Shown here piece by piece: positions 1 to 10,900 of a stretch of DNA of 64,000 bases. Each line of letters opens with the position of its first letter. Within the stretch, counting starts at the first letter, position 1. Source of the DNA: Candidatus Pyrohabitans jungbluthii (GTDB lineage: Archaea > Hydrothermarchaeota > Hydrothermarchaeia > Hydrothermarchaeales > BMS3B); the NCBI GenBank assembly GCA_002010065.2, contig MTMD02000014.1, positions 64,001 through 128,000 on the forward strand, in the 5' to 3' direction. The position numbers were made by a program, and so were the translations under genes. The notes below the pieces were generated by a model that saw only the letters and a list, made by a program, of their open reading frames with translations, was not told where the DNA came from and ran no database searches.

Positions 1-1106
1 AGGAGAGGGTGGAGCTTGCTGAGGTGGATGTAACCCAGGATAAAGCTGAGGCTATAGCAAAGCTGCACCCATCGCGTGCCACGCTGGAGGAGAAGCTGGA
101 CTACCTTTCTCGTGCCCATGAGGTGACAAAGAGCTACGAAAGCGTGGTGAGCACCAGCTTCGCGTACAACGATGCAAGCGTTAAGATAACCTACCTAAGC
201 TCTGAAGGGGCAGAGGTGGAGATGCGCTACCCGCGTGTTGCCTTCTATGCGCAGGTTTTCGCCAAGGACGGGGCGAAGATTCAGTTCGCCAGTGAGCGTG
301 TAGGCGCCACCTCTGGCTTAGAGGCTCTTGCCAACGTGGAGAGCGTAGCAAAGGACGCATGCGAAAAGGCGCTGCGTCTGCTCCACGCAAGAGCACCGCC
401 TTCCGGCGAGTTTACTGTGGTAATAGACCCGAAGCTCACGGGCGTATTTATCCACGAAGCTTTAGGGCATGCGGTGGAGGCGGACCATGTGGTGCAGGGC
501 GAGTCTATACTCGCGGGAAAGCTTGGCCAGAGCATAGCCTCCGAGCTGGTCACCATCTATGACGACCCTACGCTGAAGCAGGGGTTCGGCTCCTACTTCT
601 ACGACGCTGAGGGGGTTAGAGCGCAGAAGAAGGCACTTGTGGAGAATGGCGTGCTGCGCAGCTACCTTCATAGCCGTGAGACTGCGGCGAAGCTCGGGCA
701 TGAACCTACGGGCAATGCTCGCGCTCAGGGGTACAATTTCCCGCCCATGCCCAGGATGAGCAATACTTACCTTGCTAAAGGCGATGCCAGCTTCGAAGAG
801 CTTATTGAGGATGTGGAGTTCGGGGTTTACCTGCTGGGCTCTCGAGGTGGTGAGGTGGACACAGCGCGTGGGGTCTTTCAGTTCTCGGCTGAGGAGGGCT
901 TCCTGATAGAGAATGGCGAGATCACCACGCCGGTGAGGGATGTGGCTCTGTCGGGGGAGACGCTTGAGATACTCCGCCGTGTAGATGCGGTGAGCAAGCA
1001 TTGGGGGGTGCACATCGGCTACTGCGGCAAGAATGGCCAGCTCGTCGCCGTGGGAGACGGCGGTCCGGCGATTCGAACAGTGGCAACGGTGGGGGGTACG
1101 CAATGA
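1..1106 (+). CDS. tldD: TldD/PmbA family metalloprotease TldD (probably 5'-truncated by the window edge)
   Basis: HEALGH motif, PRMSNTY, C-terminal GYCGKNGQ...VGDGGP; frame is open to the window start. Confidence 0.9.
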   Translation, partial: ERVELAEVDVTQDKAEAIAKLHPSRATLEEKLDYLSRAHEVTKSYESVVSTSFAYNDASVKITYLSSEGAEVEMRYPRVAFYAQVFAKDGAKIQFASERVGATSGLEALANVESVAKDACEKALRLLHARAPPSGEFTVVIDPKLTGVFIHEALGHAVEADHVVQGESILAGKLGQSIASELVTIYDDPTLKQGFGSYFYDAEGVRAQKKALVENGVLRSYLHSRETAAKLGHEPTGNARAQGYNFPPMPRMSNTYLAKGDASFEELIEDVEFGVYLLGSRGGEVDTARGVFQFSAEEGFLIENGEITTPVRDVALSGETLEILRRVDAVSKHWGVHIGYCGKNGQLVAVGDGGPAIRTVATVGGTQ

Positions 1107-2371
1107 CACCAGAGCAAGCGCTTCGCTGGCTGGAGAGGCAGGGCTGCGAGGGCGAAATATACGAGTTAAAGCAGCGCAGCTATGGGATTGAAATAAAAAG
1201 GGGCGAAGTTGAGCTGGTGGAAGCGGGGGAGCAGCATGGTTTTGCGATACGCGTGCTCCTCGCGCATCGCATGGGCTTCGCCTATGGGAATGAGCTTACT
1301 CAGGAGCTTTTGGACAAAGCACTGAGCGTGGCGAGAGTTTCTCCTCAGGATGAGCACTTAGCCTTCGCTGGAGAGCAGAGCTACCCCAGCGTTAAGGGAA
1401 TTTACGACTCTCGTTTAGCTTCGCTTAGCTTTGATGAGCTTGAGGATAAGCTGGAGGCGATGCTTGCGCCCGCGCAGAGCCTTGGGGTAGAGGTGACTCA
1501 GGCGAGCGTCGCTTGGGAGGTGAGCGAGGAGCGAATGCTCAACAGTCTTGGCGTGGAGGTGAGCGAAGAGGGCACGGAGATATATGCCCATCTCAGCGCG
1601 GTCGCAAAAAGGGGCGATGACGTAGCCACGGGCATGCACTTCGACGCCTCGCGAAGTTTTGATTTAAATTTCGAAGCGGTTGGCGAGACCGCATGCCGCC
1701 TAGCTAAGGAGTCGCTGGGCGCGCAGAAGCTGGAAACAGGCGACTATGCCGTTGTTCTCCGCCCTATCGCAATGGCGGAGCTGGTGGAGAATGTGCTAAT
1801 CCCGGCGTTCAGCGCGGATAATGTGCAGCGGGGGAGAAGCCGCTTGGCGGGCATGCTCGGCGAGCAGGTCTTTGGCGAAGAGCTAAGCGTAGTGGACGAC
1901 GCAACCCTTGAGGCTGGGCTTGAGACCTCGTGCTTCGACGGCGAAGGTACCGCTTGCAGGAGCAAGGTGCTGGTGGAAAAGGGTGTGCTCAGAGGCTACC
2001 TCTACGATATATATACAGCGCGCAAGGCTGGTGTAGAGAGCACGGGCAATGCGTTTCGCAGCGGTTTCGCGACGCTTCCGCGCATCGACGCCTCGAACTT
2101 CATAATCCAGGGCAACAGCAGCTTAGACGAAGACGAAGCGCTGGTGGTTCACGGTTTGATAGGTGCGCACACCGCCAACCCTGTTACAGGCGACTTTTCC
2201 GTCGAGACGAGAAATGCCTTTTATGGTGGCTCACCCGTGAGAAAGGCAATACTTGCAGGGAATGTTTACGACCTGCTGAGTAGCGTTTCGGGCTTTGGCA
2301 GAGACGTAACCCAGATTTCGGGTGTGGTCACAGCGAGTGTGGGCTTTTCAAATGTGAGAGTTGTAGGCTAA
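1103..2371 (+). CDS. pmbA: PmbA/TldE family protein
   Basis: ATGA overlap with tldD; FDGEG, GYLYD, STGNA, NPVTGDFS motifs; no HExxH. Confidence 0.88.
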   Translation: MTPEQALRWLERQGCEGEIYELKQRSYGIEIKRGEVELVEAGEQHGFAIRVLLAHRMGFAYGNELTQELLDKALSVARVSPQDEHLAFAGEQSYPSVKGIYDSRLASLSFDELEDKLEAMLAPAQSLGVEVTQASVAWEVSEERMLNSLGVEVSEEGTEIYAHLSAVAKRGDDVATGMHFDASRSFDLNFEAVGETACRLAKESLGAQKLETGDYAVVLRPIAMAELVENVLIPAFSADNVQRGRSRLAGMLGEQVFGEELSVVDDATLEAGLETSCFDGEGTACRSKVLVEKGVLRGYLYDIYTARKAGVESTGNAFRSGFATLPRIDASNFIIQGNSSLDEDEALVVHGLIGAHTANPVTGDFSVETRNAFYGGSPVRKAILAGNVYDLLSSVSGFGRDVTQISGVVTASVGFSNVRVVG

Positions 2372-2381
2372 GCTTTAGCTG

Positions 2382-2828
2382 GTGGTTACGGTGAAGCTGT
2401 TTATAAGGACCCAGCCCCTGCGGAAGAAAATGCACGGGAAGGAAGATGAGCGGATAAAGAAGAGCTATGAGGAGATTCTGAAGTATCTGGATATACCCAG
2501 CGATGGCATAGCTACGCACTGCTTTGGCGTTGAGGAAATCATAGAAGTCGAGAGATACCCCTTTCTCAGGGGGTACCAGCTGTGCATTAAGCACGGCAAG
2601 TCTCTTCGCAAATTTATCACCCTCTACCTGAAGCAGCGGTACAAAATTCACGATAGGCTCACGCTGTTCTTCGACGAAAACGGAAAGCACGTGGATACAG
2701 AGTACATCCACACTCTGGGCACTGTGCACCGGGTGGAGAAGAAGGAGAAGATTAAAGAGTACGAGTGTGGAATAGAGGTACTGTTCTCCCAGGTGCTGGG
2801 CGAGAAGGTGGAGCTTATAATAGAGTAG
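2382..2828 (+). CDS. hypothetical protein
   Basis: 148-aa ORF with host-like codon usage in operon context. Confidence 0.6.
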   Translation: MVTVKLFIRTQPLRKKMHGKEDERIKKSYEEILKYLDIPSDGIATHCFGVEEIIEVERYPFLRGYQLCIKHGKSLRKFITLYLKQRYKIHDRLTLFFDENGKHVDTEYIHTLGTVHRVEKKEKIKEYECGIEVLFSQVLGEKVELIIE

Positions 2829-2830
2829 CC

Positions 2831-3190
2831 ATGAAGAGCTGCTGTCTTGCTTCAGGGGCGATACTTGGCAGGAGGGTAGCGCAGGAATTGGGGAAGCCTG
2901 CCACGCTGGAGGAGTTTCTGCAGGAGTTTGCAGAGAAGGGTAAAGCTTACCTGAGCTATACCTATGAGATGCTCAACGATGGTGAAGCGCTGCTCCGCAT
3001 TGAGAGGAGCGCCTTCTGGGAGGTTATAAAAGGCACCTCAATAGACAAGATTAAGAAGGCAGGTTGCAACTCTGAGTTCAGGTTCATCGAGGCGGCGCTC
3101 GGCAGCTTTTTTGACGCCGAGGTGGAGCGCCGGCGCTGCTACTGGAGAAGCTCTGAGCCGTGTGAGTTCGTGGTCAGGATAAGGAGGTGA
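2831..3190 (+). CDS. V4R-domain small-molecule-binding protein
   Basis: ATG at 2831; C...CYWRSSEPCEF V4R-like C-terminus. Confidence 0.6.
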   Translation: MKSCCLASGAILGRRVAQELGKPATLEEFLQEFAEKGKAYLSYTYEMLNDGEALLRIERSAFWEVIKGTSIDKIKKAGCNSEFRFIEAALGSFFDAEVERRRCYWRSSEPCEFVVRIRR

Positions 3191-4197
3191 GCACATTGAA
3201 GGAGCACATTGCGAGAATGCTTGGTAAGCGGAGCAGGAGCTTCTGGGAGCTTCTGAGCAGGTGGGAGTATCGCCTCAAGGATTTTGTTGATGTGGTAAAT
3301 GAGATGCACTCCTCTGGTGAACTGGTAGTGAAGAACGGCAGGCTTGCGCTCTCAAAGCAGGCGCTCGCTACTGCACCCCGCGTGCTCGGAGACAGGACAT
3401 GCAAAGCATGCAAGGGCAGGGGCGTGGAGGTTAAGGGTACCTCGCTGCTGAGGAGGTTCAGAGCGCTGCTGAAAGAGCGCCCGCTAACGACGGCGAAGTA
3501 CTTCCAGGGGAATATGGACGCTGAGAGCGTTGTCGCAAGGGTATACCTCATGGATGCGCGCGATGGCTTGGCAGGGAAGCGCATAACGCTTGTCGGAGAT
3601 GATGACTACCTCAGCCTTGCTCTAGCTTTGACCGGCTTGCCGTCCCGCGTGGTGGTGCTTGAGATAGACGAGCGCATAGGCGGGTTCATAGAGCAGTGCT
3701 CGCGGAAGTATGGGCTTGAGATAGAGTATGTGCCTTACAACGTGGAGCAGCCTCTGCCCAAAGAGCTTGTGAAGAGCAGCGATATGTTCTCCACCGAGCC
3801 CCTGGAGACGCTCTCTGGTTTCCTGACCTTCTTTGCGCGCGGTGCTGCGACTCTGCGAAAAGGTGGCGTGGGCTACGTGGGGCTGACCAACCTAGAGTGT
3901 TCCCTGGAGAAGTGGAAGCGCATTCAGGAGGAGATACTGCGCATGGGTTTTGTTATCACCGACATAAAGCGGCGCTTCTCCTGGTACCCCATGGAGTACC
4001 CGGAGGATAAGGAGTACGTGGACCAGGTGCTCAGGGCGACGCGCTTCAAGCTGGAGCCCGCGAAGCGCAGGATATGGTACTTCTCTCACCTCTTCCGCGT
4101 TGAGGCTGTGGAGGAGGTTAAGCCCATGGTTGCGCCGGGAGAGGCGACAAAAATCGAGGTCTTCGACGAGGGTGATGACTTCACATATCCCAATTAA
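3187..4197 (+). CDS. bpsA: branched-chain polyamine synthase (N4-bis(aminopropyl)spermidine synthase, DUF43)
   Basis: LVGDDDYLS motif, CxxC, EIDERI, TEPLET. Confidence 0.85.
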   Translation: MSTLKEHIARMLGKRSRSFWELLSRWEYRLKDFVDVVNEMHSSGELVVKNGRLALSKQALATAPRVLGDRTCKACKGRGVEVKGTSLLRRFRALLKERPLTTAKYFQGNMDAESVVARVYLMDARDGLAGKRITLVGDDDYLSLALALTGLPSRVVVLEIDERIGGFIEQCSRKYGLEIEYVPYNVEQPLPKELVKSSDMFSTEPLETLSGFLTFFARGAATLRKGGVGYVGLTNLECSLEKWKRIQEEILRMGFVITDIKRRFSWYPMEYPEDKEYVDQVLRATRFKLEPAKRRIWYFSHLFRVEAVEEVKPMVAPGEATKIEVFDEGDDFTYPN

Positions 4198-4229
4198 GCC
4201 ATAGCCTCGTTAGGCTGGAGCAATATGGT

Positions 4230-5324
4230 ATGTACTGGCTTCTTCGCCCGGACGCAGCGCGTGCCTTTGAAGACCGAGGAGTGAAGCACGCCTTAGGGAG
4301 ATACATCAGCGTCGCCACCAATGAAAAGCAGGCGAACTTCAGAATAGCGCAGCTTGTGGCGTCTGACTACTCAGCCCAAGATAGCACCGAGGAGCTGTGG
4401 AAGCTTCACTCAGAGAAGCTTAAAGATTACGAGAGGCTGAAGGCAGAGCTCGACGCTGGGAAGAGGGATTACGCCTCTATCGCTAAGCCTGAGAAGACTC
4501 TGCTTGACCTTAAGCGAGAGCTGGCGTGGCGCATGCTCGAATCCTGTGAGTTCTGTGAGCGCAGGTGTAAAAGAAACCGCAGGAAGGGCGAAATTGGCTT
4601 CTGCGGCGTTGCTGGCGAGGCAAGGCTGAGCAGCGAGTTCCTGCACATGGGTGAGGAGGCTTGTCTAGTGCCCAGCCACACCTTTTTCTTCATAGGGTGC
4701 AACTTTTATTGCGTTTACTGCCAGAACTGGCCGATCTCGCGGCATGTGGAAAAGGGCTTGCCTGTAACCGGGGAATACCTGGCGGAGCTTGCTAGGAAGC
4801 GCAGACTGGGCGAAGGCAGTCGCAACGTTAACTTGGTGGGAGGCTCACCCACACCAAGCTTGCATGTTATTTTAGACATGCTTGCAAAGCTGGACGTGAA
4901 TGTGCCCATAGTGTGGAACAGCAACATGTACATGAGCCAAGAAGCCATGGCTCTGCTCCATGGCGCTGTGGACGTCTATCTAGGAGACTTCAAGTACGGC
5001 AACGACGAGTGTGCCATGCGTTTATCCAGGGTGCCCCGCTACTTTGAGGTGGTGACGCGCAACCTCCTGCTCGCAAGGGAGCAGCAGGCGGAGCTTCTCA
5101 TCCGCCACCTCGTACTTCCCAATCACGTGGAGTGCTGCACCCGCAAAATTCTGGAGTGGATAACCAAGAACCTTGGAAACAAGGCGAGGGTGAATATAAT
5201 GGGGCAGTACCGCCCAGAGTTTGAGGCGTACAAGCATGCGGAGATATCACGGAAAGTTACCAGCGAGGAGATGGGCAGAGCCTTCGCTATTGCAAAGGAG
5301 CTCGGGCTTTGGAACCTGGACTGA
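4230..5324 (+). CDS. PflX-like radical SAM protein
   Basis: CEFCERRC, GFCG, CNFYCVYCQN, DFKYGND, RHLVLP, MGQYRP. Confidence 0.85.
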   Translation: MYWLLRPDAARAFEDRGVKHALGRYISVATNEKQANFRIAQLVASDYSAQDSTEELWKLHSEKLKDYERLKAELDAGKRDYASIAKPEKTLLDLKRELAWRMLESCEFCERRCKRNRRKGEIGFCGVAGEARLSSEFLHMGEEACLVPSHTFFFIGCNFYCVYCQNWPISRHVEKGLPVTGEYLAELARKRRLGEGSRNVNLVGGSPTPSLHVILDMLAKLDVNVPIVWNSNMYMSQEAMALLHGAVDVYLGDFKYGNDECAMRLSRVPRYFEVVTRNLLLAREQQAELLIRHLVLPNHVECCTRKILEWITKNLGNKARVNIMGQYRPEFEAYKHAEISRKVTSEEMGRAFAIAKELGLWNLD

Positions 5325-5333
5325 GGTGGGGAA

Positions 5334-5963
5334 ATGGAGATAGTACCTATAATTTCTAAAGGCTACGATTCGAATGTGTATGTTATCAAGGATGAGAAGG
5401 TGGCGGTTATAGACACGGGGCTGAGCGAATCCTGGCTGGAGCGCAAGCTTAGCGAGGTAGTTGCCCCTGAGCGCGTGGACTACGTGATAAACACCCACGC
5501 TCACGTAGACCACTGCGGGGGCAATGCGCTTTTCAAAAACGCGAAGACGCTCATCCATGAGCTTGATGCCCAAGCTTTGAGCGACGGCAGGTTCTACGGC
5601 ACTGCCTCGCTTTTCGCTCAGGGTAAGAGCCTGAGGTATGACCGCGTGCTTAGGGAGGGCGATGTTATAGATCTGGGCGAGGCTAAGCTTGAGGTGCTCC
5701 ACACCCCCGGGCACACCCCGGGAAGCGCGTGCTTCTATATCTCCAGCATAAAGGCGCTCTTCTCAGGCGACACCCTTTTTGCGGGAGGAAGCTTCGGACG
5801 CGTAGACTTGGGAGGCAACATGGAGCAGCTCAAGGCTTCTTTGCGACGCCTAGCTAAGCTGGATATCGATGTGCTCTACCCTGGGCACATGGAGGTTGTG
5901 GAGGGCGAGGAAGCCAGGGAAAGTGCACGCCTGGCATGGGAGATTGCGGAGGAGTATTACTGA
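5334..5963 (+). CDS. MBL-fold hydrolase (glyoxalase II-like)
   Basis: THAHVDHCGG, TPGHTPG, SGDTLF, PGH. Confidence 0.9.
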   Translation: MEIVPIISKGYDSNVYVIKDEKVAVIDTGLSESWLERKLSEVVAPERVDYVINTHAHVDHCGGNALFKNAKTLIHELDAQALSDGRFYGTASLFAQGKSLRYDRVLREGDVIDLGEAKLEVLHTPGHTPGSACFYISSIKALFSGDTLFAGGSFGRVDLGGNMEQLKASLRRLAKLDIDVLYPGHMEVVEGEEARESARLAWEIAEEYY

Positions 5964-5998
5964 AGACTTTCTAGGCTTCGCGTTGCTAAGCCTGGCAA

Positions 5999-6106
5999 AT
6001 GAGGTCCCGCAACGTCCTTGCCAAGGTGCTCGGGAATAGGACAAAGGTGAAGCTGCTCAGGGCGTTTTTCACCTATCCTGGCAAGGAATTTTTTCTAAAA
6101 TCCTAA
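5999..6106 (+). pseudogene. truncated N-terminus of a winged-HTH (often wHTH-nucleotidyltransferase) gene at the island edge
   Basis: Own translation MRSRNVLAKVLGNRTKVKLLRAFFTYPGKEFFLKS*; resembles LxxLLGxxTKVKxLRxxFxxPxxEF N-termini; ends where composition shifts. Confidence 0.45.
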
Positions 6107-6351
6107 GGAGTTCAGCTTCGAACCTCTCACCGACCTTTTGAATGTAGGTTGGGGTCACTAATTTTCCTATAGTGCTGTAGGTTCCTATAACCTGTGACGC
6201 TTCCTATGGGAGCATATCTTTTGTAGCGAATCTTCCAGATTTGCAAACCCGCCAAAATATTTAAGTAAAAGCTTTCTACAAACAAAAATCGATGGTGTGG
6301 TTGCCTTGGGGGAATTCAGGAAAATACTGGGCACGAACGGGGGAGTAATGC

Positions 6352-6936
6352 ATGCCGCCACGGGCGATAAAAACAGTTAGAGACTTAATATACTGGCAAT
6401 ATGCAAAAATAATCGCCGACTCTGCAGGTTTTGGTAAAAGACACTGGCGCTTTGTGATGAGCAGATTCAAAAAGTTTCAGCAAGGAGAAATATTCTGGAA
6501 CGAAATCAGAGAATACGTAAAGGAGAGAGAAAAAAGAGACGAGTGTATATTTTGCGGCAATAAAGCTTCCCTTACTTTAGAGCACATGTTTCCAAGAGCT
6601 TTAGGTGGTCCAAATGATGAGAAGAATATTGTATGGGTGTGTCCCTCCTGCAACTCTTCGAAGAGGGACAGAAGGTTATACGAATATTATGCTCTGAAGG
6701 GAGGGTTGAAGACCGCAAAGTATGACGTTCCCAGAATCGCCGAGGGAAAATACCTGAAGTTCCTCTATGAAATGTTTAGAGATAAGGGTTTGCTTGATGC
6801 TGATATAGAGTACTTAAAAGAAAAAGTCTGTCCGCATTGTGATTTAAGAGAGACATGTGTCAAAGAGAAGAGTGAGGGGAAACTTTCTCCACTCTGTCTG
6901 GATGGGCTGGCTACGTTGTGTTTAATGGGGGAATAA
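6352..6936 (+). CDS. HNH endonuclease with extra Cys-rich C-terminus
   Basis: CIFCG...LEHMFP..GG.N...N...VCPSCNSSK. Confidence 0.85.
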   Translation: MPPRAIKTVRDLIYWQYAKIIADSAGFGKRHWRFVMSRFKKFQQGEIFWNEIREYVKEREKRDECIFCGNKASLTLEHMFPRALGGPNDEKNIVWVCPSCNSSKRDRRLYEYYALKGGLKTAKYDVPRIAEGKYLKFLYEMFRDKGLLDADIEYLKEKVCPHCDLRETCVKEKSEGKLSPLCLDGLATLCLMGE

Positions 6937-6993
6937 CGCGCCGTTGGTGTAAGAAATAGGTGGTATATCATAGGAGGTGGTAGATCATTCCTC

Positions 6994-7188
6994 TCAACAA
7001 ACTCCTTCTTTGAATTCTATATCAAAAAGGTCTTTATTAAACCGCCTCTTAAAAATATCTTCTGCAAGCTTTTTAAACTCCGGAAACTCCCTCGCAAACT
7101 GGACAAACAGCTCTCTTGCATAATAAACACACCCACCATCAGCAGAAACCATTATTTTAAGAATCTTTTTTGCTTCTTCTTTATTCAT
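6994..7188 (-). CDS. small hypothetical protein (64 aa)
   Basis: ATG 7188 with GGAGG RBS, overlapping the stop of the upstream metallopeptidase; ADGGCVY motif. Confidence 0.55.
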   Translation of the reverse strand: MNKEEAKKILKIMVSADGGCVYYARELFVQFAREFPEFKKLAEDIFKRRFNKDLFDIEFKEGVC

Positions 7189-7945
7189 GTATACCTCCTC
7201 TCCATTCCCTCCATGATACCTCTGAAAATCTATGAGCTTGGAAACATGCCTTATTACCATTAAAAATCGGCAGCTTATAGCCAGTGTGGATATAAAACCA
7301 ATACTCAGTAAGCTTCTTTTCATTGGCTTTAAAGTCTTCAAACTCCTTTTCAACGATGCTCCAGAATCTCTTGCTGTGCCTCTTCTCTTTTAGATGTACT
7401 ACTTCATGGAAAACCACATACCTCATCAACTCCTCTGGAAGCACAGCCAGCTTCAAATTAAAGCTAAGATTGCCGTTTGAGGAGCAGCTTGCCCACTTGC
7501 TCCTCTGATTTTTAATGAAAATTTTCCCAGGCTTCAGACATAACTTCTCAGAATATTCCTCCACAGCTTCCTCAATTTTCTCTCTGAGGATTTTCCTGAT
7601 CTGCTTTTTAATCTTCCTGTGGTGTGCTTCACTTTCAGGATTTATTAATACCTTACCCCTCTCAAAATCGATGCTTGGTTCTTCAGATGGGACTATCTTT
7701 AACTTCCTGCCGAAAAGGATAGCCTCATCTTCATCGAGGCTTTCATTTATCTTATTTACAACCTCCTGAATTTCCCTGTACTTCCGAATTATCCAGCTTT
7801 TCTTCCTCTCTAAAATATCCTCCTCGCTCTTCATATTCTCGGGAAGCACCACAAGAAGCGAGCCCGTTTTGAACTCCAGCCTGGGGTACTTCACTCGCCT
7901 CTTCTCTACTCTGTATTCAACTTCAACCCCGTTGGCTTTAAACAC
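7181..7945 (-). CDS. YgjP/DUF45 (M48/SprT-like) zinc metallohydrolase, common type I R-M neighbour
   Basis: RSKWASCS, YVVFHEVVH, HSKRFW; GTG 1 nt after the hsdR stop. Confidence 0.88.
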   Translation of the reverse strand: MFKANGVEVEYRVEKRRVKYPRLEFKTGSLLVVLPENMKSEEDILERKKSWIIRKYREIQEVVNKINESLDEDEAILFGRKLKIVPSEEPSIDFERGKVLINPESEAHHRKIKKQIRKILREKIEEAVEEYSEKLCLKPGKIFIKNQRSKWASCSSNGNLSFNLKLAVLPEELMRYVVFHEVVHLKEKRHSKRFWSIVEKEFEDFKANEKKLTEYWFYIHTGYKLPIFNGNKACFQAHRFSEVSWREWRGGIHE

Positions 7946-7946
7946 A

Positions 7947-10900
7947 TCAGTCCAGCTCTTCAAAGCCCTGCATGATCTTCTCATGTATCTCCTTCCTATC
8001 CTCAAAGCTCAGCTTATCCTTGAACCTCCTCAAAAACCTCATCAGCTCCCTGCCCACCTCCTTCTTAGTGGTGCTCTTCCTGCTCCACCCCTGGAATAGC
8101 TTCCCCTTTTCCACGAGCTGCTGAACAAAACCTTTTACATCTTGAATTAGCTCCTCAGCTTTGCTCAGCCTCTCCTCCAGCACCACAAGCATTAGATACT
8201 CGTGCTCGCTGAGCTTGAGCCTCTTCTTCCTCTCCTCAAGCTCAATGAGATTTTTAACCTCCTTCTCAAGCTGTGAGTAAGCCTCCTCTATCGCTAACTT
8301 CCTCTGCTTCCACTTTTTTATTATCCTCTCCACCCTCTCGGCGATGGGCTCATACACCGGGTTGCTCGCCTTGTCAACGAGCACGTACCTGTTTAGGGTG
8401 AAAATCATGTCGTATATCTTCGCCTCAGCATCGCCATAGGCTTTGCTCAGCTTCTCCAAGTAATCCTCATCCAGCCTGAGAATTGGGAACTCCTCTTTTA
8501 TCCTGTCAACCTCAATGCTTCTGTGTATCGCCTCAAGCGTCTTGGGGTAGTACTCCTCTACTTTTTCTCTCACCACCAGAGCTTTAGGCTCCTGCTCGGG
8601 GTACTCTGCCTCCTCACTGGGGTCTCTCCTCTTTGCGTATCTGCTGTAGGCGATGTAAACCTGAGTTAGCCACCCGAAGCGCGAGGCATGCTGTGCCTTA
8701 ACCGGATGAGAGCCCAGAAACTCAAAGAGGTTTCTGAGCTTTCTGTAGTTTTTGAGAAAGAGCTTTGCCTTTTTTTCATCCTTAGCTAATAATTTTACAG
8801 CAGACATCAGCGTAGCCCTGTCGTCTTTGCCCTTATCAATCCCCTGGAATATCTCCTCTGTGTCCCCAAGAAGTGTGACGAACTCTTGAGCCTTTTCATC
8901 GATGCTTATGAGCACCCCTTCAACGTCTTGCTTCTCGTAGTCTTCTAAGGCTTTCTCGAATTCTGCGAGAATGCCCACGTAGTCAATAATCAGCCCCGCT
9001 TCTTTAACGCTCCTGTACGGGCGGTTGGTTCTCGCCACCGATTGGAGAAGCCTGTGCCCTTTCAGTGGCTTGTCCAGATACATAACCTGTAGCACAGGTG
9101 CATCGAAACCCGTGAGTAGCATGTCGGTAACCACGAGTATCTTGGGCAGCTTGCCATTTTTGAACTTCTCTACAATCTCCTCCTTTATCTCCCCCACATC
9201 CTTGCCCGGGAACCTCTCTCTAAGCTCCTTAAGGTAGTCAGAGATAATCTTTTCCTTCTCAACCCTGTTGTAGGTCATCACCACCTCAACATAGCCTTTC
9301 GGTAAAAGCGTGTCCAACTCCCTCTTGTAGTGCACGCATGAAGCTCTATTCACCGCCACAACCATGGCTTTAAACTTCCCGTCCACCTCCCGCAAAAAGT
9401 GCTCTGCAATATCGCTGGCGACCCTCTTTATCCTTCTCGGATTGGAGAGCACCACCTTAATTTTGTCCAGCTTTCTGCTTATCTTCTTCTCCACCTCTTC
9501 CTTCAGCTCTTCAGGAATTTCCTCCTCTTCATACTCAAGAAAAGCCCTGAGGAGGTTTTTTCTCAGCACTATGTCGCTCTCCATCCTCGTTTGAAAGACT
9601 ATGGGCAGGGTGAAGCCGTCCTTCAGCGAGTCGAGAACAAAGTACTTGTGCAGGTAGAGCTCTCCTTTATCTGGATAGGCAAACTCCAAAAAGGTGTCTC
9701 TCCCCTTCTTTGATATGGGCGTACCCGTGAAAGCAAAGAAGAAGGCGTTTCTAAGTATGTTCTTCATCTGCGAGGCAAGGAGACCGTACTGAGTGCGGTG
9801 TCCTTCGTCTATGAACGCTATAACGTTCTTCCTTGTTGCTATCGTCTCTCCTAAGCCCTGCGCTTCCAGCTCTCTGGCAAGCTCCTCAAGCTCCTTAGGC
9901 TGGAACTTGTGGATAAGGGTGATGAATATCCCCCTCTTTCCTCGCCCGGAGTCGTGGCTCAGCACCTCTCTCAGCTTGGCTATGGAGTCTATCACCTCCG
10001 GCTTTATCTCCACATCGAGTGCTGAAAACTCCTGCCTGAGCTGCTCCTGAAGCTCCACTCTATCGACAACGAAAAAGATGGTGGGGTTCTCTAAGCTTCT
10101 GTGCCTGTACAGCTTGAGCGCCGCGAATATCATTGTCAGCGTCTTTCCGCTGCCCTGCCAGTGCCACACTAGCCCGTGGTTTCTTTGGTCTTCTCCCCTC
10201 AGGTTGCGGAGCACCCTCTCGTAAATCATGTTCGCAGCTTCGTACTGCATGTATCTGGGCAGCACCTTCGTTATCCTGCCCCTCTCTTCCCTCACAAAGG
10301 TGAAGTTCGCCAGTATGTCCAGCAGAGTGCGCCTCCGCAGCATCTCCAGCGTCGCCTCAAGCTCGTCCAGCTCACCAGCGCGCCAGCGGTATATGCTTAC
10401 CTCGTCTGCCTCCCTCACATTGGGGAAGTACCTCGCCTCCTGCTCCGCGGCGATGCTGAACTGCACATATTTAAAAAGCTCGGGCACCGTGCTCTCATAC
10501 TCCTTGACCTGCCTGTAGGCATCCCGCCATGAGACGCTTGCATCCGCAGGATTCTTGCACTCTATCAGCACCAGAGGCATGCCGTTAACGTATAGCACAA
10601 GGTCGGCTCTTATTCTCTCAGCAGCACCCTCAAAGCTCACCTGCCTGCTCACCACAAACTCATTCTTTGCAATATCCTCTAAGTCAACCAAACGAGCAAG
10701 CATCAACTCCCTGCTCTTCTCCAGCTTTATCCCCACACCCCGCCTGAAAAACCTCAGAAACTGCCTCGTGCCATGTATAGACGCGGGCAGGCTCTTTAGC
10801 TCCACAAGTATCCTGTTTATGTCCCCCTCTGTAAGCTTCTCCCCGTTTATCCTCCTCAGAGCACTGGCTAAGCTCCTCTCCAGCAGGGGCTCAGCCAAGC

